Shown here piece by piece: positions 46,520 through 54,927 of a stretch of 64,000 nucleotides of DNA. The DNA is taken from contig CAZQEQ010000005.1 in assembly GCA_964592385.1 (NCBI GenBank), positions 586 to 64,585 of the forward strand. Direction: 5' to 3'. The number at the start of each line of letters is the position of its first letter. The stretch's first letter is position 1. Below the pieces are notes generated by a model, which saw only the letters and a list, made by a program, of their open reading frames with translations, did no database searches and had not been told where the DNA came from. Source of the stretch: an uncultured candidatus Brocadiaceae bacterium (GTDB lineage: Bacteria; Planctomycetota; Brocadiia; SM23-32). A program made the position numbers and the translations under genes.

Positions 46520-47548
46520 ATGCGCAGGCAGGCTGTCGCCGCGCTGCTGCTGGTTCTCGTGGCCGCTTGCATTGCAGGCGCCGCGGGCGTCTCGCCGGGC
46601 GCCGCCGGGGGCGGGAAGCCGCCCGAGGGCTGCGGCCTGTCCGCCCGGCACCCGGGCGACGCCGGCATCGGGCGCGACGCGGCAGTGCTGCTGGCCGAGG
46701 ACTTCGAGCAGGGCGCCCTCGAGGACCTGGCGAAGCGCTGGGAGAGCGTGAAGAACCCGGACGGCAAGGTGCTGCTGCTCGTCCCCGACGCCCCGCCGGG
46801 CAGCCCCGGGGCGCGCAGCCTCCAGATGACCGCCACGCTGAACGAGAACACCGGCGGCCACCTCTACACGCGCCTGCCGCGCGAGGTCGAGACGGTCTTC
46901 GCCCGCTTCTACGTGCAGTTCGCGCGCGAGCCCGAATACATCCACCATTTCGTCCACCTGGGCGGCTACCGTCCCTCGACCCCCTGGCCGCAGGGCGGCG
47001 CGGGGGAGCGCCCGCGCGGCGACGAGCGGATGACGGTCGGCATCGAGCCGTGGGGCGATTGGGGCAGGGCGCCCGCGCCGGGCCTGTGGAACTTCTACGC
47101 CTACTGGCACGAGATGAAGGTCTCCGGCGACGGCAAGTACTGGGGGAACGGGCTCCGCCCGGTCCGCGACCAGCAGGTGCCCGCCGGGCGGTGGCAGTGC
47201 GTCGAGGTGATGATGAAGTGCAACTCTGACCCGCGCGCCCACGACGGCGAGCTCGCGCTCTGGCTGGACGGGCGGCTCGTGGCGCGCTTCGCGCCCGGCG
47301 TCCGGCGCGGGCCGTGGCCGAAGGGCGGGTTCCGGCTGGTCGAGGAGGGCGGCGAGCCGTTCGAGGGCTTCTGCTGGCGCCGCAGCGACGAGCTGAAGAT
47401 AAACTTCTTCTGGCTGATGCACTACGTCACGCCCAGCGCCGCCGCGCAGAACCACGTCGAGGACCCCAGGCGCGTCAACGCCGTCCGGTTCGACAACGTC
47501 GTTCTCGCCACGGAGTACATCGGCCCCATCGCGCCGGCCCATCGCTAG
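46520..47548 (+). CDS. secreted hypothetical protein, concanavalin-A-like / polysaccharide-lyase-like fold suspected
   Basis: Trimmed to ATG 46520 (GGAGG RBS 8 nt upstream). Signal peptide MRRQAVAALLLVLVAACIAGAAG. The pattern FARFYVQF...RWQCVEVMMKCN...DGELALWLDGRLVARF...VRFDNVVLA resembles jelly-roll lyase/lectin families. The function is unverified. Confidence 0.5.
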   Translation: MRRQAVAALLLVLVAACIAGAAGVSPGAAGGGKPPEGCGLSARHPGDAGIGRDAAVLLAEDFEQGALEDLAKRWESVKNPDGKVLLLVPDAPPGSPGARSLQMTATLNENTGGHLYTRLPREVETVFARFYVQFAREPEYIHHFVHLGGYRPSTPWPQGGAGERPRGDERMTVGIEPWGDWGRAPAPGLWNFYAYWHEMKVSGDGKYWGNGLRPVRDQQVPAGRWQCVEVMMKCNSDPRAHDGELALWLDGRLVARFAPGVRRGPWPKGGFRLVEEGGEPFEGFCWRRSDELKINFFWLMHYVTPSAAAQNHVEDPRRVNAVRFDNVVLATEYIGPIAPAHR

Positions 47549-47573
47549 CCTCCGTCACGCCCCGGGCGGGCGA

Positions 47574-50351
47574 TCACGATGCGCTCGTCAGCACGAGGTA
47601 CATGGTGTTCGCCGGCAGCACGACGGTGGCCTTGCCGTCGGCGATCTTGAGGTCAACCTGCGCGTCGGTGGCCATGCCGTTGGCGTCGAGCAGCATCGTC
47701 CTGGTCAGCCGCGGGTTGGAGACGGTGATCGTGGCGTCCGTGTTCTCGATCTGCCAGGGGTACTGTCCGAGGTTGACGACCTGGAAGCCGTCGGTCTGCT
47801 TGCCGTCGGCCCGGACCCCGGTGGGCCGCACGGTCCATCCCCTGGGCCGACTGGTAGTCCCGACTTGGACCAGCACCTTCCCGGAATCCCGGATGGGTTT
47901 CCCGTCGAGGGAGACCGTGATGATGGTGGCGTAGGCGTTCCGGCAGGTGATCTCGACGTCGGCCAGTTTCTGCGTCCCGGCTTCGGCCAGGAAGCCGGCC
48001 ACGGCCTGGGCCCGGGGGGCGTTCACACGGTAGACGCCCTTGCCGTAGTTCAGCTCGACTTCGCCGGTGATGCTGCGCACCGTCTTGCCCGCCCGGTCTA
48101 TGCAGCGGGACAGGTCGGCCACTGTTGTTTTCGCGGGGTCGCTGTCGTAGACGACCTGGACCGGGCCGGCCAGCAAGGCGAGCGGGTCCACGGCAGTCTT
48201 CACCGTGCCGGTCAGCACCATGTTGCCGATGTCGCGGTTCGGGTCCCAGCCGCTCTCCTCGGCCACGAGCGGCTCCTTGCGCTGCCACAGGTGGTCCATG
48301 GCGCGGTGTTCGACGACCACGGGCTGCCCCTCGCGCACGAGTCCGAGCCGGTAAATCAGCGCGGCGGCGGGGAACTGGCCCAGGGTGAGTGGCGAGTTCC
48401 ACGACCACTTGTACCAGGTCCTCTTGTCCCAGCCGCCCAGTCCGTCCACGGACCAGACGCATGCGTCAATGCCGTTCAGCGCGGTCTGCGCGGCCACCAT
48501 CAGCGGGCCTTCGGACTGGTACAGGCACGGATGCGTCCACAGTATCTCGGGGATGATGAAGGCCCGGCCGAGCGGCTGACGGAGGTTCATCGGGAGCTTC
48601 ACCGGCTCCCGTGTCATGGAGACGTCGGTGTAGTAATCGCCCTCTTTGAGCCGCCATCCCCGGTTGACGCCCATGTGGTAGCCGCCCGTGTAGAAGTTCC
48701 GGCCTGTCACCTCGCCGGGCGTGTACGACCAGTACTCGGCGTCCTGGCACAAGGCGGTGTCCACGGTGCGCCAGTTGCCGGGGTTTATCAACTGCTTGCA
48801 GCCGAGGTCATCGCGCAGGTAGGCCACCACGTCAGCGTTGACCTGGTGCATGAGCCTGACCGTGAACTCGAACTGGTCCGCCGCACATCGCGCGAAGCCG
48901 GGCCATTCGCCTTTTTTCGCCCGGCCGTCGCGGGTGAAGTCCCACAGGTCCAGCACGGGCGGCAGCCCCTTGTCCCACTCCGGCTGGACCCTTATCTCCT
49001 TGGCGTCCGGGCTGTAATCCTGCCAGGCGGCGCGGGCCTTTTCCAGCGAGCCGTGCTTCTGCCGCAGGAAATCGGCGTAGCGCGTGCGGAAGATGTCCAG
49101 GGCCGGCCCCCGCACCCCGTTGAACGTCCAGAAGAGCAGGCTGTCCTCGTTCAGAAGCTGGATGATGGCCACGGCGGGCTCATCGGCGAGCTTGACTCCC
49201 GTGTAAGGGTTGGGACGCGTGTAGAGCGCCCTCAGCCACGCCCTGTACCCCTCCTGCATGGCGGGATCGAGGAAGACCATGCTGTTGGCGTTGGCCGGTG
49301 TCTGCGCGCCGCCCCCGTTGACGCCCCAGCTCTCCTGCACGTTGCAGCTGGACGGCCAGAGGGGGGAGATCGCGACGTAGATGCCGGCCGTCTTCAGGGC
49401 CGCCACGTGCTTGAATACCCGGTCCAGTTCCTCCTCGTCCACGTCCGTGACCTTCGAGCCAGCGGCTTTCGGGTAGAGCGCGCCGAATGTGCGGACGATG
49501 TTGACGCCGCGCTTGGCGAGGAATCGCGCGCTCCACTTCAGGTCCTCCATCTCCACCTTGCTCTGGGCCATGCCCAGGACGGCCCAGAAGCGGATGGGCT
49601 CGCCGTCACCGTGCACGAAGCTGTTGCCGTCCTCGCTCAGGCGGACCATGCCGTGCTCGCCGGCGACCTCTTCGTTGAGAGACCGCAGGTCGAACTCGGC
49701 GGCGGCGTCGAAGGTGTCGTCGGGCGGGTCGAAGTCCCAGGTTTCTCCCGGATGGAACGGCATGAGGTCGGGCGCCTTCTCGTTCGGCTTGTACTTGCCG
49801 TGGGGCGTGAACTCGCCCGTCGCCAGCACGAAGCAGTCAATGCCGGCGTAGCGCATCTTGGCCGAGCTCTCGCCGGCGCCGAGGATGAACTCCAACGTGT
49901 GGCTGCCCGGGCTCAGGTCAAGGTTGCCCAGGTCGAACCAGGCGGCGGGCTCCGGCCAGTACCAGTTCCCGTCCGCGGCGATGAGCTGCCTGTCCACCCC
50001 CGTCTTCGCATCTACGGAGGTCCAGTCGTTTCCATCGCACCGCCAGTTTATCCCGGTCCCGATGCCGGCGCGCAGCCAGAGCCGCCATCTCCCTTCCGCG
50101 GGCATGTCCACGGCGTACTCTGCCGTGTTGTCCGGGCTGCCCTCGGACGCCAGCCCGCACAACCACGCGCCCCCGGAGACCTCGTCCGGGTTCGTGTCGT
50201 TCAGAGAACCCGGCCCGGTATTTTCCGTGATCTGTTTCTTGACCGGCCGTTCGCCCTCGATCCAGATGAACTCATCCGCGCAGAGGGCCGTCCTGCCGGC
50301 AAACACAGCGCTGACAAGAAGCACAGCAGACAACGTGCGCACGTCCTGCAT
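47574..50351 (-). CDS. secreted glycoside hydrolase, clan GH-A (GH5-like) with N-terminal shared module
   Basis: Start moved to the second ATG, 50351 (AGGAGG 7 nt upstream). Signal peptide. The N-terminal module FIWIEGE...GIDCFVLATGEFTPHGKY is homologous to those of 14062 and 30995. The catalytic region contains GVNIVRTF and IIQLLNEDSLLFW. Confidence 0.65.
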   Translation of the reverse strand: MQDVRTLSAVLLVSAVFAGRTALCADEFIWIEGERPVKKQITENTGPGSLNDTNPDEVSGGAWLCGLASEGSPDNTAEYAVDMPAEGRWRLWLRAGIGTGINWRCDGNDWTSVDAKTGVDRQLIAADGNWYWPEPAAWFDLGNLDLSPGSHTLEFILGAGESSAKMRYAGIDCFVLATGEFTPHGKYKPNEKAPDLMPFHPGETWDFDPPDDTFDAAAEFDLRSLNEEVAGEHGMVRLSEDGNSFVHGDGEPIRFWAVLGMAQSKVEMEDLKWSARFLAKRGVNIVRTFGALYPKAAGSKVTDVDEEELDRVFKHVAALKTAGIYVAISPLWPSSCNVQESWGVNGGGAQTPANANSMVFLDPAMQEGYRAWLRALYTRPNPYTGVKLADEPAVAIIQLLNEDSLLFWTFNGVRGPALDIFRTRYADFLRQKHGSLEKARAAWQDYSPDAKEIRVQPEWDKGLPPVLDLWDFTRDGRAKKGEWPGFARCAADQFEFTVRLMHQVNADVVAYLRDDLGCKQLINPGNWRTVDTALCQDAEYWSYTPGEVTGRNFYTGGYHMGVNRGWRLKEGDYYTDVSMTREPVKLPMNLRQPLGRAFIIPEILWTHPCLYQSEGPLMVAAQTALNGIDACVWSVDGLGGWDKRTWYKWSWNSPLTLGQFPAAALIYRLGLVREGQPVVVEHRAMDHLWQRKEPLVAEESGWDPNRDIGNMVLTGTVKTAVDPLALLAGPVQVVYDSDPAKTTVADLSRCIDRAGKTVRSITGEVELNYGKGVYRVNAPRAQAVAGFLAEAGTQKLADVEITCRNAYATIITVSLDGKPIRDSGKVLVQVGTTSRPRGWTVRPTGVRADGKQTDGFQVVNLGQYPWQIENTDATITVSNPRLTRTMLLDANGMATDAQVDLKIADGKATVVLPANTMYLVLTSAS

Positions 50352-50414
50352 GATCATTCCTCCTTGCGTTGCGCGCGGGCATGGAGGGAAGGGCTTCGGT
50401 TTCTTCCCAGCCAG

Positions 50415-50444
50415 AGGTTACCTGCCTGGGATCCGGTTCGTCAA
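50415..50444 (-). promoter_or_regulatory. sigma70-like promoter candidate
   Basis: Minus strand TTGACG (50444-50439), 18 nt spacer, TAACCT (50420-50415). Confidence 0.35.
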
Positions 50445-50530
50445 GTGGCCGGAACGTGGGAGCCGAAACCCGGTTCAGTGGCGTCGCCGACGGGGTCCGG
50501 CGGCGGATCGTGGGAGGACGTACACAGGAA

Positions 50531-50606
50531 TGGTGGGCGCAGCAGGACTTGAACCTGCGACTTCTACCGTGTGAAGGTAGCGCTCTCGCCACTGAGCTAT
50601 GCGCCC
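50531..50606 (-). tRNA. tRNA-Val (anticodon CAC), CCA encoded
   Basis: The minus strand reads GGGCGCA-TA-GCTC-AGTGGCGA-GAGC-G-CTACC-TTCACAC-GGTAG-AAGTC-GCAGG-TTCAAGT-CCTGC-TGCGCCC-A-CCA. All four stems pair perfectly. It is 76 nt long. Confidence 0.93.
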
Positions 50607-50649
50607 ACCGGCAACCAGCGACTATACCAGACGCCGCCCGGCCCGTCAA

Positions 50650-51276
50650 TTACCCGTCTCCTGTTGCGGCGTCCGGCGGACCCATGCCGCGGATCGCCAC
50701 CGCCTCCGCGACGGCGCTGACCAGCAGCAGGGGCAGGATCACGCACGCGTACGCGGCAGCCCGCTCGGCCAGGGCTTCCGCGTAGAGCGCCGCGCCGGCC
50801 TGGATGCGCTGCCCCATGCCCATGCCCATCGCCGCCGAGAACCAGAAGCAGGGCAACTCGATCAGCGGCACCAGCAGGCCGGCGAGGGCCGTCAGGCGGG
50901 GGCCGGGCTTCCAGCCGTCCGGGGGACCCTGAAGCGCCTTGAGGAGTCCCGGTGCGTCGTCGCCAGCCTTCACGAGGACGCCGATGTTGATGCCGGTCCA
51001 GACCGTGAGGATGGCCGGAAGCATCGGGTGGAACCCGCTCGCGACGCAGAGGAACATCACGGCGGCGTTGTGGGCGAAGATGACTCCGGCGCCGCGCGCG
51101 ATGCCCGGCGCCCGGCCCATCAGGCCCAGGGCGAACCGCATCAGGCCCCGGGCGGGCAGGATGAGCACCCGCACGCGCCAGCGCAGCACGGGCACGGCGA
51201 GCAGCAGCCCCGCCACGAAGAGCACCAACGCGTGGACAGCCAGCCGCAGGTGGTCCCTGAACACGAACTCAAGCAT
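50650..51276 (-). CDS. integral membrane protein, SpoIIM/DUF95-like
   Basis: Several TM segments. FAHNAAVMFLCVASGF...TGINIGVL and IELPCFWFSAAMG resemble the stage II sporulation protein M (DUF95) family. Confidence 0.55.
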   Translation of the reverse strand: MLEFVFRDHLRLAVHALVLFVAGLLLAVPVLRWRVRVLILPARGLMRFALGLMGRAPGIARGAGVIFAHNAAVMFLCVASGFHPMLPAILTVWTGINIGVLVKAGDDAPGLLKALQGPPDGWKPGPRLTALAGLLVPLIELPCFWFSAAMGMGMGQRIQAGAALYAEALAERAAAYACVILPLLLVSAVAEAVAIRGMGPPDAATGDG

Positions 51277-51378
51277 AAGGCGTTCTCACCACAACGACAC
51301 CACGAGCACGACGAACGAAAGGCATAATGCATAGTAAAGGTCTTTACGTCGTGCCCGTCGTGTCGTCGTGGTTCGCCG

Positions 51379-52251
51379 TTACGTCGCCTGCCGGCGGGCG
51401 CACTCGACGGTGTTCGCCAGCAGCATGGCGGTGGTCACCAGCCCCACGCCGCCGGGCACGGGGGTGATGAGCGACGCCCGCTCCCGGGCCGCCTCGAACT
51501 CCACGTCGCCGACGATGCGCGTCTTCTTCTTGCCGCCTTCCTCGACCTTGACGCGGTTGATCCCCACGTCGATGACGACCGCGCCCTCCCTGACCATGTC
51601 GCCCCGGACCAACCCCGCCTTGCCGGCGGCCACGACGAGCACCTCGGCGCGGCGCGTGTGGAAGGCCAGGTCCTGCGTGGCGATGTGGCAGCAGGTGACC
51701 GTGGGCGATTCCATGATGGACTGGAGCAGCATGACCAGCGTCGGCTTGCCGACGATCTCGCTGTGGCCGACGACGACCGTCTCCTTGCCCTTCAGGCCAA
51801 CGCCGGCCTCCTGGAGCATGGCGACGACGGCGTGCGGCGTGCAGGGGGCCAGGGAGAAGTCGCCGTAGAACAGCTTGCCGATGTTGGCCGGGTGGACGCC
51901 CTCGACGTCCTTGTCGGGCACGATGGCCTGCTGGACGCGGCGCGCGTCAACGCCCTCCGGCACGGGCATCAGCAGGATGACGCCGTTGACGCCGGGGTCT
52001 GCGCTGACCTGCGCGATGTGGTCCTCCATGTCCTGCTGCGAGGAGGCGGGGTCGAGCTCGTGCAGGGCGTAGTCAATGCCGACCTCGGCGCAGGCCTTCT
52101 GCTGGCTGCCGGCGTAGTACTTCGCGCCGGGGTTGTCGCTGGCCAGTATGCCGACCAGCTTCGGCGCGCGGCCGAGTCCTGCGACGTCGCTGCGCACCTG
52201 TTCCTTGATCTTCTCCGCGATGGGAGCGCCTTCGATCAGTTCTGCGGCCAT
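51379..52251 (-). CDS. folD: bifunctional methylenetetrahydrofolate dehydrogenase/methenyl-THF cyclohydrolase
   Basis: 290 aa. VVVGHSEIVGKP and PVPGGVGLVTTAMLLANTV are classic FolD motifs. Strong GAGGAGAGGAGG RBS. Confidence 0.92.
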   Translation of the reverse strand: MAAELIEGAPIAEKIKEQVRSDVAGLGRAPKLVGILASDNPGAKYYAGSQQKACAEVGIDYALHELDPASSQQDMEDHIAQVSADPGVNGVILLMPVPEGVDARRVQQAIVPDKDVEGVHPANIGKLFYGDFSLAPCTPHAVVAMLQEAGVGLKGKETVVVGHSEIVGKPTLVMLLQSIMESPTVTCCHIATQDLAFHTRRAEVLVVAAGKAGLVRGDMVREGAVVIDVGINRVKVEEGGKKKTRIVGDVEFEAARERASLITPVPGGVGLVTTAMLLANTVECARRQAT

Positions 52252-52301
52252 GCAACTCCTCCTCTCCTCGTGTAAGACGCAATCGCGGCATTACCATTCA
52301 C

Positions 52302-52370
52302 GGGTAGGCCGGGCGTCTCGCCCGGCGGGAGCACTGCCCCCAGCCCCCGGCGAGACGCCGGGGGCTACCC
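52302..52370. repeat. GC-rich palindromic element (GGGTAG / GGCGTCTCGCC arms), second copy
   Basis: GGGTAGGCCGGGCGTCTCGCC (52302-52322) pairs with GGCGAGACGCCGGGGGCTACCC (52349-52370). The arms are the same as at 36553-36616 but in the opposite order. It lies between the MBL stop and the folD start. Confidence 0.7.
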
Positions 52371-52458
52371 CGGTGAAGGTTTGGGCCGAGCGTCTCCTCC
52401 TCTCTCGTACCTTCCGCCGCGCGGGCGGACGCGTTCTCAGCCCGGGCAAGCCGCCCGG

Positions 52459-53172
52459 TCATTGCCCTGCGCCGGAGCGCAGGAGCTTCTTCAGTTCCTC
52501 GCCGATCCAGTGCTCGGCGTGCGAGAGGCAGAACGGCCCGTGCCCCGGGTAGAGCACGTCCGGCGGGTCCTCCAGGAGCCTGAGCAGCGTCTCGACGTAG
52601 GCGTCGTGATCGTAATCCAGCCGGCCCCGTATCTGGTCCAGTTGCGGCGAGCGGACCGCGTCCCCGCAGAACAGCATCCGGTTGTCGTCCGCCACCATCT
52701 CGTATCCCATCGAGCCGGCGGAGTGGCCGGGCAGGCCCAAGGCGTGGAACTCGACCCCGCCGAGGGCCAGCGTCTCGCCGTCCTCCATCGGCGTCACCTC
52801 CGCCACGGCGGTGAAGCGGCGCGCGTAGTGATAGGCGGCCGTGCAGGGCCCGCCCGCGCGGACGACCTCCCCGGCGGCGGGCGAGGCGACGACCTCGACG
52901 CCGTTCTTGCGCAGCGCCTCGGCGGCCCCCGCGTGGGGGAAGTGGGCGTGCGTCAACAGGACGTGCGAGATGTCCTTCAGGTCGAAGTCCATCTCCTCGA
53001 TGTTGCCCAGTATGCCGGACAGGCTCTCGCCGCAGCCGCAGTCCACCAGGACCAGCGGGTCGCCCGTGTTGACCAGGTAGGTGTTGCAGTCGTTGGCGGG
53101 CCAGTCCAGATAGACCATGTTGTAGTCCTGGCCGCCGACCAGGAAGACGGGACCGAGCAGTCGCATTCCCAT
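52459..53172 (-). CDS. MBL-fold metallo-hydrolase (variant metal motif)
   Basis: NTYLV...LVDCG, then THAHFPH where HxHxDH is expected, then LPGHSAGS. Start placed at ATG 53172 (or 53166), downstream of the promoter candidate. Confidence 0.7.
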   Translation of the reverse strand: MGMRLLGPVFLVGGQDYNMVYLDWPANDCNTYLVNTGDPLVLVDCGCGESLSGILGNIEEMDFDLKDISHVLLTHAHFPHAGAAEALRKNGVEVVASPAAGEVVRAGGPCTAAYHYARRFTAVAEVTPMEDGETLALGGVEFHALGLPGHSAGSMGYEMVADDNRMLFCGDAVRSPQLDQIRGRLDYDHDAYVETLLRLLEDPPDVLYPGHGPFCLSHAEHWIGEELKKLLRSGAGQ

Positions 53173-53214
53173 CTCGCGCCTCGCACGGGACATTCGCGGC
53201 ACTGAGGAGACACC

Positions 53215-53243
53215 ATTTAAGGGCAACTGTGGCGGGCTGTCAA
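53215..53243 (-). promoter_or_regulatory. sigma70-like promoter candidate for MBL gene
   Basis: Minus strand TTGACA (53243-53238), 17 nt spacer, TTAAAT (53220-53215). Confidence 0.45.
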
Positions 53244-53322
53244 GAGCGCAAGTATCAAGGGCCAGGGACCAAAGGCGAAGGGCCAGAGGGCGAGTGTGCG
53301 CGCCGCCGTCGGCTGGCAGGCG

Positions 53323-54153
53323 TCAGTTGCTCGCGGGGCCCTTCTCGGCGGCCGCCGGTTTCTTGCGCCTGGTCCTCGACCGCCGCCGCGGGGCGGGCTT
53401 GACCAGGCTCACCAGGTAGGTGCCGCTGCGCGGGTCCTCGCGCAGTGTGATGAGTTTCTGAGTCTGCGCCTCTTCCAGAAGGTCCGTGAAGGACCGAAAG
53501 CCGTGGTCGCCTTCGCTGAAGGACGGCTGCTTGCGCCGGATCGTGTCCTTGACCAGCGAGGCCTGGATGGGGTCGCGCCCCTCGCGCAGCAGGGCGGCGA
53601 TGGTGCTGGTGACCAGTTCCAGAACCTCCGCGTTGTCTTTGGCCGGGGCGTCAGCGGGGGCCGCAGGGGCCGGCTTGGACGCCTGGACGAGCGACTCGTA
53701 GAAGATGAACTCGTCGCAGTTGGAGACCAGCAGGTTCGAGGTCGATCCCCGCAGCCCGAGCCCGATGACCCTCTTGCCGTTCTCCCGCAGCTTCGAGACC
53801 AGCGGCGAGAAGTCGCTGTCGCCCGACACGACCACGAAGGTGTCGATGTGCCCCTTGCCGTAGCTGAGGTCCATCGCGTCCACGCAAAGCCGTATGTCCG
53901 CCGAGTTCTTGCCGCTGGTCCCGCGGCGGGGGATCTCGATCAGCTCGATGGCCGCCTCATGGAATACCCGGGTGTACTTGGAGAACCGCGACCAGTCGGC
54001 ATAGGCCCGCTTGACGATGATCTTGCCCTTCTCGAGCAACCGCTCCAGGACCTTCTGGATGTCGAACGTCGTGTCCTCCCTGTCCCTCAAGCCGAGGGCG
54101 ATGTTCTCGAAGTCGATGAAGACCGCAAGATCGTTGCGAGCGTCTGTTGCCAT
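53323..54153 (-). CDS. NYN (LabA-like) nuclease domain protein with C-terminal OST-HTH/LOTUS domain
   Basis: Trimmed to ATG 54153 (GAGGAG RBS). LAVFIDFENI, GKNSADIRLCVDAMDL and VVSGDSDFSPLVSKLRENGKRVIG form the NYN domain. The C-terminal IRRKQPSFSEGDHGFRSFTDLLEEA is OST-HTH-like. A basic tail follows. Confidence 0.8.
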   Translation of the reverse strand: MATDARNDLAVFIDFENIALGLRDREDTTFDIQKVLERLLEKGKIIVKRAYADWSRFSKYTRVFHEAAIELIEIPRRGTSGKNSADIRLCVDAMDLSYGKGHIDTFVVVSGDSDFSPLVSKLRENGKRVIGLGLRGSTSNLLVSNCDEFIFYESLVQASKPAPAAPADAPAKDNAEVLELVTSTIAALLREGRDPIQASLVKDTIRRKQPSFSEGDHGFRSFTDLLEEAQTQKLITLREDPRSGTYLVSLVKPAPRRRSRTRRKKPAAAEKGPASN

Positions 54154-54348
54154 TGTGCCGTCTCCTCTCGAACAGTTCCGGGCCGGGCGTGCCGGCGGCT
54201 TCCCACGTGGCAGGATACCGCCTTCCCGCCTCCGCCGCAAGTTTCCCCGGCCGAGTGTGCCAAGGGCCGCGGCCCCCGCCGCCTTGCGCGCCGGGGGCGG
54301 AACGGTTACGATTCCGTCCGTCATCATCTCCCACCAGGAGGCCGCGCC

Positions 54349-54927
54349 ATGGCCGTCGCCATCGGTGTCCTCGTCGCAGTGCTCCTCGCCTTAGTGTTTG
54401 TCTTCAACGGCCTGGTGATGAAGCGGAACCGGTGCGAGAACGCCTTCGCCACCATAGACGTGATGCTGAAGAAGCGCTATGACCTGATCCCGAACCTGGT
54501 CGAGACTGTCAAGGGCTACGCGAAGCACGAGCGGGAGCTGCTGGCGCAGGTGACGGAGCTGCGGGCGCGGGCGGCCTCCGGGGCGCTGCCGACCGACGAG
54601 GCCGTGGTGCTGAACAACCGCATCACGGGGTTGCTGCGGCGGCTGCTGGTGGTCGTCGAGGCCTACCCGGAGCTGAAGGCGAACGGTAACTTTCTGCAGC
54701 TCCAGCGCGCCCTGAACGAGATCGAGGAGCAGATCGCCGCGGCCCGCCGCGCCTTCAACGCCGCCGTCATGGACCTGAACAACGCGGTCCAGATGTTCCC
54801 CAGCAGCCTCGTGGCCTCGATGACGGGCTTCCGCGAGCGGCACTTCCTGGCCACCCCCGAGGAGGAGCGCGGCGCGGTGGACGTGGGCGAACGGCTCAAT
54901 CCCTCCGGGCCGGCGGCGGACACATGA
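54349..54927 (+). CDS. LemA family protein
   Basis: Start ATG 54349 (AGGAGG 7 nt upstream). N-terminal TM followed by FNGLVMKRNRCENAFATIDVMLKKRYDLIPNLVETVKGYAKHE, a typical LemA sequence. Confidence 0.85.
   Translation: MAVAIGVLVAVLLALVFVFNGLVMKRNRCENAFATIDVMLKKRYDLIPNLVETVKGYAKHERELLAQVTELRARAASGALPTDEAVVLNNRITGLLRRLLVVVEAYPELKANGNFLQLQRALNEIEEQIAAARRAFNAAVMDLNNAVQMFPSSLVASMTGFRERHFLATPEEERGAVDVGERLNPSGPAADT

Noticed and set aside
50531-50606. tRNA-Val as an integration site of a mobile island
   Set aside because: No integrase, excisionase or duplicated tRNA 3' segment is visible on either side within this window. It is kept only as a weak boundary remark.
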